Virus record (IMG/VR): IMGVR_UViG_3300009285_001653
Span: 43-64,042 of that record
DNA length: 64,000 nt
Strand: one strand, 5' to 3'
DNA from: a virus
Taxonomy: Duplodnaviria; Caudoviricetes
The notes under the pieces are model-generated. The model did not search any database, was not told where the DNA came from, and worked only from the letters and a program-made list of their open reading frames with translations. A program made the position numbers and the translations under genes. Numbering within the stretch: position 1 is the first letter of the stretch; each line of letters opens with the position of its first letter. Positions 1 through 8,281 of this stretch are shown in pieces.

Positions 1-63
1 CCTCCCCCGTGCTCGTGCCTGGTGCGCGTGTGTGGCTCTCAGAAAATCAGCACAAAAGTTCTG

Positions 64-72
64 TGGTATGAT
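64..72 (+). promoter_or_regulatory. Putative extended -10 promoter (TGGTATGAT) for the first early gene
   Basis: TGnTATGAT about 70 nt upstream of ORF 142, which has an AGGAG RBS. Confidence 0.4.
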
Positions 73-141
73 GGCTGTGGTCGGTTCGGACGGCACTGAC
101 CCGTCGAAATCACACAGCCGATCGAGGAGAGGAGCACAGTC

Positions 142-549
142 ATGGCACAGCACGCGGTAGACCAGAGCAAGTGGCTACAGGATGCGATCAATGCTCAGAT
201 CGAGCACCAGAAGGAGCATCCTTCCTACACGACCCAGCGCAAAGGAGAGGCCCCGGTCGAGCACACTATCCCAGAGGAGAAGCGTACTCGGGTAGTGAAC
301 GCCCCCTACGTCGGGCTGTTGGGCAGCAATGCCAGCTTAGCAGCCTGCTTTCGCAGCGCGTTTGCAGGGGCGGACTTCCAGACAGCGCTTGAGGCCGCAC
401 ATTCTGCAGGCATGGTGACATTCCTGGGAGCCGCAAAAAGTCCCTGGAGGTCACTGAGTACGCCTCAGTACGCTGATAGCGCAGACGGCGAGGTCAGAGT
501 AACTATGCCCAGCGAGCTGGTTACGAAAATAGCTGGCTGGGGTCGCTAG
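142..549 (+). CDS. Hypothetical early protein
   Basis: 135 aa ORF with a strong GGAGAGGAG RBS. Confidence 0.7.
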   Translation: MAQHAVDQSKWLQDAINAQIEHQKEHPSYTTQRKGEAPVEHTIPEEKRTRVVNAPYVGLLGSNASLAACFRSAFAGADFQTALEAAHSAGMVTFLGAAKSPWRSLSTPQYADSADGEVRVTMPSELVTKIAGWGR

Positions 550-640
550 CACGTCAGGACACCTAGTGGGCCCGAGATCGCATCAAAGGCCCGCCAATCC
601 CCCACAAGTATCAGACAGAGACAGGAGAAGGGGGAAGAAG

Positions 641-907
641 ATGCTAACAGAGCAGGAAATCCACTTGACTGTTGTCACGGCAGAGAAAGAGCGCTACAAC
701 GCTAATATGAGAGCATGGCGGGCGCTCTACTTTGACACTACTATCTTGCCAGATGGGAAACTCCTGGAGACAGTTCTCAAGGCCATACGGGAACTCTATA
801 GGGCAAAGATAGACCAACAGCATGACCAGGCTGTCGAAGAGGAGTGGGAGCGCCACCATGTTGCTCTCACGGCAGAGAAAGAGCGCTACCAGGAAGGTGC
901 ATCGTGA
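641..907 (+). CDS. Hypothetical helical protein with an internal repeat
   Basis: Likely ATG start at 641 after a purine-rich RBS; TAEKERY occurs twice. Confidence 0.55.
   Translation: MLTEQEIHLTVVTAEKERYNANMRAWRALYFDTTILPDGKLLETVLKAIRELYRAKIDQQHDQAVEEEWERHHVALTAEKERYQEGAS
675..889 (+). repeat. 23-bp exact direct repeat TCACGGCAGAGAAAGAGCGCTAC
   Basis: Copies at 675-697 and 867-889. Confidence 0.85.
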
Positions 908-1493
908 AGTACCTCTACGTAACCGACAGATGGTTCACCAAGCTGCTATACGTGCCTAAACCATCTACCCAGGATCACGCCTGGAAGGTTTGCACATTTG
1001 TGGCGGCACAGTGCAAGTTGGGGAATGTGTTAAGCGTGAGCAAGTTCATATAAGAGGCACTATGTACACAAAACACTCCGTCCGAGTCAATCGTATAGCA
1101 AAGGAGCAAAAAGGCGTGAAATTACCTATATGGTTCCTGAGAATGTGGGCTATAGGGGTGACAATTATCTTATTAGCTATCCTCTATATGCTACTACCGG
1201 GACATATCACACATGGCGGAGTAGGCTTTGGTGTGTATGCCACAGAAGGCAGAGGCATATTGACTGTTACTATGCTGCCATAACGTGTATGCTTGTACAG
1301 GAGAAGGAATATGTTACAATTATACATATACTGCGACATCGCATCTTGTAGTGGCAAAGCGTCTGGTAAAATACAAGGAAATGGTGACGCGTTGTGGCTT
1401 TGTGCAGAGCATCTGGAGGACTTTTCTCTTATTATTCCAACACATAAGGTCAAAAACGCGGGCGGCGCGGGGGATATTCAGGTCAAAAAACTG

Positions 1494-1502
1494 TGCTATA
1501 AT
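1494..1502 (+). promoter_or_regulatory. Extended -10 promoter TGCTATAAT
   Basis: Consensus TGnTATAAT upstream of ORF 1539. Confidence 0.55.
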
Positions 1503-1538
1503 TAGAGCGGCCGGAAAAATCAGAGTGGTGGGGGGCAG

Positions 1539-2102
1539 ATGACATCATTTTACTGTATCCACAAAATCATTGCGACGGAGTGTTCGAGGTGTAGAAGATC
1601 CCTCACCTTTCGTTGCCTTTTCTGCTTCCAGGAACAGTATGAAGCAACAGGTCCTAGCTTCAGGACTAAGTGCCGGATAAAGAAAGGGCCTCTGTTGTCG
1701 CTAGAGCATAAGTTCGAGAAGGACCCAAAACAAAGCGGAGCGTTAAGCCACACATCCTCTAAGTGTTTGTTGTGTGGCAAAGAGAAGTACGGGGGGAAGA
1801 GGGAAGAGACAGAATGTTTAGATGGCAGTACAAATCATAGCCTCCGTCCTTATCCGTTCAGATGTGAGGAGTGCCGTGGGCTTGTGTTCGTGCTGGGGGA
1901 GGGGGACATAAGGAAAAGTATCTGCGAGAGTACCTGGACAGGCCAACACATCCTACTGCTAAAGGGGATGGTGGGTGAAGAGGTGGTACGCAGATTGCCT
2001 ACAGTGGATGTAAAGTCCCGAGCGCAGGTAGAAGCAATGCTACAGAAGATATCAAGGTCGCGGAAGACAAGAAGGAATGTATGGAGGAGTCCAAAGGCAT
2101 AA
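1539..2102 (+). CDS. Cys-rich putative Zn-binding protein
   Basis: Multiple CxxC pairs. Confidence 0.55.
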   Translation: MTSFYCIHKIIATECSRCRRSLTFRCLFCFQEQYEATGPSFRTKCRIKKGPLLSLEHKFEKDPKQSGALSHTSSKCLLCGKEKYGGKREETECLDGSTNHSLRPYPFRCEECRGLVFVLGEGDIRKSICESTWTGQHILLLKGMVGEEVVRRLPTVDVKSRAQVEAMLQKISRSRKTRRNVWRSPKA

Positions 2103-2145
2103 TCTATACTTAGCGTGGCAGAAAAAAGCAGAAAAAGGGGTCGTA

Positions 2146-2490
2146 ATGATTTTCGTGTTTGGTTCTAACAGGCAAGGGCGACATGGCAAGGGAGCCGCGC
2201 TAACTGCTGTGCAAAAATACGGCGCAATCTACGGACAAGCAGAGGGTATACAGGGTAGTTCCTATGCTATAGTCACAAAAGAGCTCAGACATAGTTATTT
2301 GCCGGTATCACTACAGGAGGTGGAATTGGGGGTGGAACGCTTCCTGAACTTCGCATTGCAGCACCCAGAACTCTCGTTCTATCTCACGCCTATAGGTTGT
2401 GGATTAGCGGGGTTCAAGCCAAGTCAAATATCTCCTATGTTCACCAATCACCCCGCTAATGTACAACTACCAAAGGAGTTCGTTATGTAG
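2146..2490 (+). CDS. A1S_2505-family (macro-like) phage protein
   Basis: IFVFGSNxxGRHGKGAA and TPIGCGLAG motifs; probable start at ATG 2146. Confidence 0.8.
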   Translation: MIFVFGSNRQGRHGKGAALTAVQKYGAIYGQAEGIQGSSYAIVTKELRHSYLPVSLQEVELGVERFLNFALQHPELSFYLTPIGCGLAGFKPSQISPMFTNHPANVQLPKEFVM

Positions 2491-2570
2491 CCTTCTCCTT
2501 AGCGTGAGACTCTGCTCCGTAGCTAGCGGCGTAAGAAGGCAGAGTAAGGTGAGTAAAAGGAGATAAAACA

Positions 2571-2954
2571 ATGCTCAATAAAATACTTCCCATAAGAGAA
2601 GGAGATAAGTTTTTCACCCCTGACACCTATCCCCAAAGATTCAAGGCAGGCGATCTGGCACGGGTACGATTGTGCAAAGAGTCACTTGCACAAAAACCAG
2701 AAGTCCCTGATGACGAGTACCTAAAATATCCTCTACAGGACTACGAAGGGAAAGTTGTACAGGTTGTATCCAGGGCGGAGGACGAAGACAATACTCGTAC
2801 CACGTTTCCTGATAACGAAGGACTGGTAGAGTGCTACCTGCCTTTTTCCTTCTCCTATATCACAAAGTACGTGGATGACGCTGGTAGGATGCGCAAGAGG
2901 AAGCATACTAGCTTCAAACTTCCTATTCTGTACTCGTGTTTAGAGGAGATATGA
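2571..2954 (+). CDS. Hypothetical protein
   Basis: ORF with AAGGAG RBS. Confidence 0.6.
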   Translation: MLNKILPIREGDKFFTPDTYPQRFKAGDLARVRLCKESLAQKPEVPDDEYLKYPLQDYEGKVVQVVSRAEDEDNTRTTFPDNEGLVECYLPFSFSYITKYVDDAGRMRKRKHTSFKLPILYSCLEEI

Positions 2955-3265
2955 TGCCGCAGTTACCACAAATTGGTAGAAGAGGCACTAGGATAGCTAC
3001 TACAACAGATGGGGTAGTCTCAGTCTATTACCACAACACGCCGATCGTTGTGATTTACCCCAGTGGCAGGCTGATCCTAGATCATGGGGGATGGATGACA
3101 CCTACCACCAAAACACATATGAATCAAGCAAGTAGGCAGTTCAACTTGGGATTCCATGTGTATCAAGAGGACTTTGTGTGGTACGTGTCAGTTGATGGAC
3201 ACAATATAGAGTTTGATCACACGCCACTCACAATACGCAATGGAGCATCATACTGGGGAGGGTAG
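2954..3265 (+). CDS. Conserved phage hypothetical protein
   Basis: YHNTxIV...GGWxTxTTKxxMN pattern; coupled to the upstream gene. Confidence 0.6.
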   Translation: MPQLPQIGRRGTRIATTTDGVVSVYYHNTPIVVIYPSGRLILDHGGWMTPTTKTHMNQASRQFNLGFHVYQEDFVWYVSVDGHNIEFDHTPLTIRNGASYWGG

Positions 3266-3707
3266 CAATGGCAGATCGAATCAGGGAGGAAGTAGCATGC
3301 CACAAGTAATACTAGAGATGCACACGCCAGATTATCCGAGAGACGGTATCCAGATCCTCAGGATTGACGTTTGGGCGATGTGGAGGTATGGGTACATATC
3401 ACTAGAGCTGCTTGGCTTTGGTGCTACTTTGTCAGTTCGCTGGTATAGTGGAAGAGATGAAGAAGCATAGAGTACGCAAGGACCCTATCACCAAAGCTGA
3501 AGAGAGCAAGCATCCTTATCGTGTGTTTGATGCAGATGGGAATGAAGTCAGGGTGGACGCGGAGAGCGATGAGGAAGCCAGGGTGTTGGCGAAAGCGTGG
3601 CCGTGGAAGGGCAAGGTCACGGTAGAGAGGGTAAAGGCGTGAAAACACTGCACACCGCACAAATATGGCCACGCTGGTGGGTAGCGGAGAATAGAGGAGG
3701 CGACGCC

Positions 3708-4040
3708 GTGAATAAGCAGACAGAGACAGCACTTGCAACACCGTGGGGGATAGCAGATAATATCTCCCGTATCGGAGGAGAAGGCATCCTACAAGTAGAA
3801 ACGCCTTCGCACGGTGGGTACTACGTGCCGGATGCATTACTAGGGCGAATGTCTAAAGACGCACAGGCGTCTGCGGTAAAGTGGTCAGGATCAAAGAACT
3901 GGTATGAAGAAGATTGCAGCTGGGCATATGTGGCGCTGGCGTTTCCTGAGTTATTCCTGCCGGACGCGATAGAACACGCCAAGATCATGATCGAATGGCT
4001 GTCTCGCCCATGGCCGAAACCTGCTCCGGTGTGTCTGTAA
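3708..4040 (+). CDS. DUF7007-like protein
   Basis: TPWG...TPSHGG...WYEEDC motifs; GTG start after GAGGAGG. Confidence 0.7.
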   Translation: MNKQTETALATPWGIADNISRIGGEGILQVETPSHGGYYVPDALLGRMSKDAQASAVKWSGSKNWYEEDCSWAYVALAFPELFLPDAIEHAKIMIEWLSRPWPKPAPVCL

Positions 4041-4256
4041 TAGGTGACCGCGTTGCACTGATGCGGCAAGCTGCGAGATGGTATCAAAGAGGTATGAAAT
4101 GAAGCATATAATGACCGCGGCCAACGGGAACAGGGTTCTATGTAATAACAGAGAACATTTTGATGAGGAGAGCTGTTATTACGGTATTGACATAGGTAGT
4201 GGATATTGTGAGATAAACCTAAAGTTTCTATATTTCAGCAAGCAAAGAGGTGAGCC

Positions 4257-4382
4257 ATGACAACCAGGACAGAAATCCATCGAGAGGAAGCGGCGAAGCG
4301 TCGGAAATGGATGCATCATGATCAACAGGCATACGAAAAACTCGAAGCAGCCATCGCGCTCGCAGAGAAGGAGACACCATGA
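4257..4382 (+). CDS. Small hypothetical protein (41 aa)
   Basis: GAGG RBS; ATGA overlaps at both ends; ends AIALAEKETP. Confidence 0.5.
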   Translation: MTTRTEIHREEAAKRRKWMHHDQQAYEKLEAAIALAEKETP

Positions 4383-4753
4383 ACGATCTTTACGATGTAG
4401 CAGCCGTAAGCCTCGAAGCTGGAACCGTGCGACTTATAGAGACGAGAAAACCGCGACGGGAAGCAGAAGCTATCGTGACTATGGCTGTGATACGCCGCGG
4501 GATAGACCAAGAGTTTTTCGTGGAGGTAGCCGCGGGCAGCTATCAAGAAGGCGAGCGATGGGTCGGCCAAAAGAAGAAGGGAGACAGCATGACACAACCC
4601 ATCGTGACCAAGCAGGGGTACAGGCTGGAAAAGCATGAGGATGGCTGGTATCGCTTCTATCACCACGGAGGCGGCAGATTAGCAGTCTTCAACGAGGAAG
4701 AACTCTGCAATCTGCACATCGCCATCGCGCTCGTTCAGAAGGAGACAGCATGA
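4379..4753 (+). CDS. Hypothetical protein, possibly two fused cassettes
   Basis: In-frame RBS and ATG at 4589. Confidence 0.6.
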   Translation: MNDLYDVAAVSLEAGTVRLIETRKPRREAEAIVTMAVIRRGIDQEFFVEVAAGSYQEGERWVGQKKKGDSMTQPIVTKQGYRLEKHEDGWYRFYHHGGGRLAVFNEEELCNLHIAIALVQKETA

Positions 4754-5019
4754 ACGTCACACAACCACGTCCCTGTTTGCCTGGCTATGACGGCCCCAAT
4801 GAGGGAGTTATTGCCTTCGTGCATCACGATGTCCCCGCTGAATACTCATCCAATATCATGGAGCGTGTAGAGTTCTACAATGACGGCGGAAAACCTGAGC
4901 ATGAGTTGGAGACCCGCCGCCGGTGTATGGTCTGGCTCGACCCTACAAACCAGCCGTGGGCCGAGCTTGCGCGTCAGCGGGCCGAGCTTTACCGGCAGGA
5001 GGCCGCGCTTTCCCATTAG
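4750..5019 (+). CDS. Hypothetical protein
   Basis: ATGA overlap and RBS. Confidence 0.55.
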   Translation: MNVTQPRPCLPGYDGPNEGVIAFVHHDVPAEYSSNIMERVEFYNDGGKPEHELETRRRCMVWLDPTNQPWAELARQRAELYRQEAALSH

Positions 5020-5306
5020 TGTTCCCAAAGGAGACACCATGAAAGTTGTCTGCTCTGGCAGAATAATGATGACTGATCGTGAACACGGTTTCTCCGAGGG
5101 CTATCTCCGAGCTCGTCTAGGACATATACTCTTTACGCTCTTTACGGAGTGGATATACGGTCAAACAGTTGTACTAGATGACAACTTAGAAACAGTGTAC
5201 TTCCCGCAGGACGTACAGAGATTCTTGGACGGAGGAAAGGTTCTTGACTAGGAGCGTATTATACAGACGCTAGCTACTTGCAAAGTTGCTCAGGAAGGAG
5301 TAAAAT

Positions 5307-5570
5307 ATGATAGTAGGGATCGAACGAGATGACGAGGGGATCATTTTACACCTACGAGAGGATGATAATGATCCCATCATAGACGAGAAGGACTGGCTTG
5401 AGTTGGGGTTTAGTTTTGGTAGGGTGTCTGCTGAAAGTGGTATTCTAGCTATACAGTGGCACGAGTACGGAACAGATACCCACCGGTGTCCAGACACATT
5501 TATCATAAGCATAGAGGACCTCACACTAATGTTAAGCGGACAGTTGGCGTTTCCTTGGCTCCATGATTAA
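5307..5570 (+). CDS. Acidic hypothetical protein
   Basis: AAGGAG RBS. Confidence 0.55.
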   Translation: MIVGIERDDEGIILHLREDDNDPIIDEKDWLELGFSFGRVSAESGILAIQWHEYGTDTHRCPDTFIISIEDLTLMLSGQLAFPWLHD

Positions 5571-5699
5571 AGCAGCGCTGCCCACGCTTCTAGCAGCTCT
5601 TGCAGGTAGTGTTGCTATAGCTTTGTTGCTTAACATATCTGCTGGTACTGGAACCTTACTGTTCTGGTTAGTTGTTATAGCAATCGCGGGTATAAGAAA

Positions 5700-6011
5700 A
5701 TGACAACAGCATTTAAGTATCTTCGACGTTTTGGACTGCCTCCTAGTACAGAACATCTTGGTTCTACAGAAATCTCTAATATACCATCAAACTCTGAGAT
5801 AAAACGATGGTTAGAGAAGGGAGCCGTTTCGATAAACCATAAGACACCAAAACCCCATGACGAGATTACTTTTCCTGTATTTGAACTAGTCTTCTTCAAG
5901 CATAGCAAAAGAGTATGTACAATGGTTCACGACAACTGGTGTTTCGATCTCGACCAGATGATGTTAGGAGACTTCGGACACTACGACAATATGGTCAAGA
6001 TATTAAGGTGA
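5700..6011 (+). CDS. S4-like RNA-binding domain protein
   Basis: PSNSEIKRWLEKGAVSIN resembles the S4 motif SxSEARRLIxxGAVxIN. Confidence 0.55.
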   Translation: MTTAFKYLRRFGLPPSTEHLGSTEISNIPSNSEIKRWLEKGAVSINHKTPKPHDEITFPVFELVFFKHSKRVCTMVHDNWCFDLDQMMLGDFGHYDNMVKILR

Positions 6012-6267
6012 TATCATGCCAGGTCTCTGCCTGATGGCAATAGAGGACAACGCGGATCGTGTAGGCGAGCTTAACTGCCGCTCGTACAAGCTACGTGATC
6101 TTGACTACTGCTTCTACCACGAGATGAAATGCTATGTAGAAGCGTTAGAGAGAGAGTTAGAGTGGGAGATCAAGATCAGGATAGTTGAAGCGGCTCCGTT
6201 TAGGGACCTTACCGATAGACCACGCCCGAGAAACTATACAGATGGGTATGATGGCTAGAAGGACAGA

Positions 6268-6810
6268 ATGATTAGTATCAACGGTAAAAGACTAGACTCT
6301 GTTACACCAGAACAGATTAAGAAGATCATTCTCGATAGTGCGATGGCGAATGGTAGAAAGTTATTCGTTGTAAGAATGAATGGAGAACCAATCTCTAGCA
6401 ATCAGATCCCCGACCCGATACCGGACGGCACGACATTCTGGACATCATTCCCTGTCGTCAACGCGATTGTGTTAAATGTTGTACTCGCAAACCCACAAGA
6501 GTACAGACAGAAGAATAGTATTACTAGGACACTAGAGTTACCTAAAAGGATCCCTAGGACTAGAGAACAGATCTTGGATATGCTTGGCAGGAAGTGTTGT
6601 AGATGTGGCTATGATGCTGATGTGCGCGCTTTACAAATAGATCACATAAACGGCGGTGGCCGTGGGGAGAGGAAAAAGCTCAGAGGCTATGATAGATATT
6701 ATAAGCATATTTTAGCAAATCCAGCTGGGTATCAAATCCTCTGCGCGAACTGTAATTGTATCAAGATGTACGAAGAAGATGAGATCAGCCAACGTTATCA
6801 GGTGGAATAG
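6268..6810 (+). CDS. HNH endonuclease with an N-terminal Ubl-like domain
   Basis: CCRCG...LQIDHINGGG...LCANCN HNH core; N-terminal 60 aa align by eye with ORF 7986. Confidence 0.8.
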   Translation: MISINGKRLDSVTPEQIKKIILDSAMANGRKLFVVRMNGEPISSNQIPDPIPDGTTFWTSFPVVNAIVLNVVLANPQEYRQKNSITRTLELPKRIPRTREQILDMLGRKCCRCGYDADVRALQIDHINGGGRGERKKLRGYDRYYKHILANPAGYQILCANCNCIKMYEEDEISQRYQVE

Positions 6811-7119
6811 CGTTGTAATACAGGGTCCAGTCATCGTCCGTTCCTGTTGTAGTACGTCATTACGAGGTTTTAGTTGTAGTCTAGTAAGGTCAAAAAGAAA
6901 ACAGCGAAAATGGACAGATTTGAACCGAGGATCTACTAGACGACGAGGATTTCTCTGTAATGATGTACTACATCAGACGTGGTTTGTGTCTAAGCCTTGT
7001 AGTACAAAGCAGATTGGAGCGGGGCTAGTTCTTATGGTCAAATGTCCTAAAGGAGGAAAGTGATGCTTATGGCGGTGATATAACTCTAGTAGAGCTTTGC
7101 AAGAAGGAGAACAGATAAC

Positions 7120-7275
7120 ATGCCATCACACATCATAACATGTACCTGTGAACACGAGTTTCAGGACGAGCGGTACGGCAAGGGAAGGAGGCTCGCTAAC
7201 GAGGTCAAGAAGAAAAGCCCGGGGGATCCGGTGTCGGCTCGCTGTACAGTCTGTTCTACAGTGAGGGCAGTTTAG
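7120..7275 (+). CDS. Small Zn-ribbon protein (51 aa)
   Basis: MPSHIITCTCEHEFQDERYG...RCTVC; AAGGAG RBS; below the ORF-track size cutoff. Confidence 0.65.
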   Translation: MPSHIITCTCEHEFQDERYGKGRRLANEVKKKSPGDPVSARCTVCSTVRAV

Positions 7276-7301
7276 CAATAGAAGACTAGAAGATTGGAAA
7301 G

Positions 7302-7509
7302 CCTGCGGAATATATGGACCTGCCAGTGAAGCGCGCTAGCTGGTGGAGTTGCTGATGCCAACTACTTTGGCTCGACTATCAGGATAATAGAGGTTATGCC
7401 TCCTGGTATGTCGAGTGCAGTACTCTGTTCACAAAGTAGTGTGAGTTGAGGCGGAGAAGGTTGAGTTTTATTCAGCCACGCAGGACAAGCAGCTATGGGG
7501 TGAGGCTGC
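7302..7509 (+). ncRNA. Predicted multi-stem structured RNA of unknown family
   Basis: Nested stems 7302-07/7479-84, 7361-69/7432-40, 7371-76/7410-15 and 7377-84/7401-08; hairpins 7459-77 and 7489-7509; gap without a long ORF. Confidence 0.55.
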
Positions 7510-7532
7510 AATAGTTTAATTGGGAGGGAAAG

Positions 7533-7820
7533 ATGGGTGTGTTTGATACCATAAAACTACCAAATGGTGACGAGGCTCAGGTAAAGCTATGGGGCCGTTG
7601 CGCACATACCTACCATCTGGGTGATATTGTGCCTGCGTTACACACCTCTAACGCTACCATGACCTACTTAATCGCGTTACGAGAAGGAGGCTTTGTAAAT
7701 ATCGTTAATGACGTGCTAGTGTCTTTTATTACTGAACTTCCCCCCATATTCGATAAGTGGGGCAGCGGGGACTGGCAAGATGAGGATTATTTGTTTAATG
7801 GGAAAGCCGTAGAAGGTTGA
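7533..7820 (+). CDS. Hypothetical phage protein
   Basis: GGAGG RBS; starts MGVFDTI. Confidence 0.65.
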   Translation: MGVFDTIKLPNGDEAQVKLWGRCAHTYHLGDIVPALHTSNATMTYLIALREGGFVNIVNDVLVSFITELPPIFDKWGSGDWQDEDYLFNGKAVEG

Positions 7821-7985
7821 TAGCAGACCAGCTCGAGGCCAATTATGACGCTGCGATAGTAACAACTGTAAGCAGTCATCTGGTCTGCTATGAGCCTTCT
7901 ACCCGTAGGGTGCTGGTACGGGCGAGGTTCAAGTTATTCGGGTTAGCTAACCCAAACAACAAAAGTCTAGTAGTGAGGAGGAAGC

Positions 7986-8222
7986 ATGGCTGGTTGGAAC
8001 ACGAACGCGACTCTGAACGGTAACGCGATTGAGCCGGGTGGCAACTTTCGTACAACCGTTACAGCAAAAGCAGCGCAGCTCGGGTACACAAACTTCCGAG
8101 TATTGCTCAATGGCTCTGAGTTAGATGTCGGCGGGGCACCAGAGCTGGTCAATGCCGGAGCGGTGATCGAAGTCCGGCCTTTCGATAAGGCTGGAAAGAA
8201 GGCTGGAAAGTCTAGCAGCTAG
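7986..8222 (+). CDS. Ubiquitin-like (beta-grasp, ThiS/MoaD-like) protein with a C-terminal extension
   Basis: 78 aa; FRVLLNG and terminal strand VIEVRPFDKAG followed by KKAGKSSS; GAGGAGG RBS; directly upstream of E1 and JAB genes. Confidence 0.75.
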   Translation: MAGWNTNATLNGNAIEPGGNFRTTVTAKAAQLGYTNFRVLLNGSELDVGGAPELVNAGAVIEVRPFDKAGKKAGKSSS

Positions 8223-8281
8223 GACAAGGTACATAGGAGACGCTGCACCCGTCTCCACTACCAACTCGAGGAGGAATTATT

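Larger units (their letters stand above)
4350..5042 (+). repeat. Repeated gene-junction motif GGAGACA(C/G)CATGA (4 copies)
   Basis: Copies end at about 4382, 4592, 4753 and 5042; 4350-4385 and 4721-4756 share 32 of 36 nt. Confidence 0.75.

Noticed and set aside
73-119. Hairpin containing CTGA and GAAA as a hammerhead ribozyme
   Set aside because: The CUGANGA core and three-stem geometry are not satisfied
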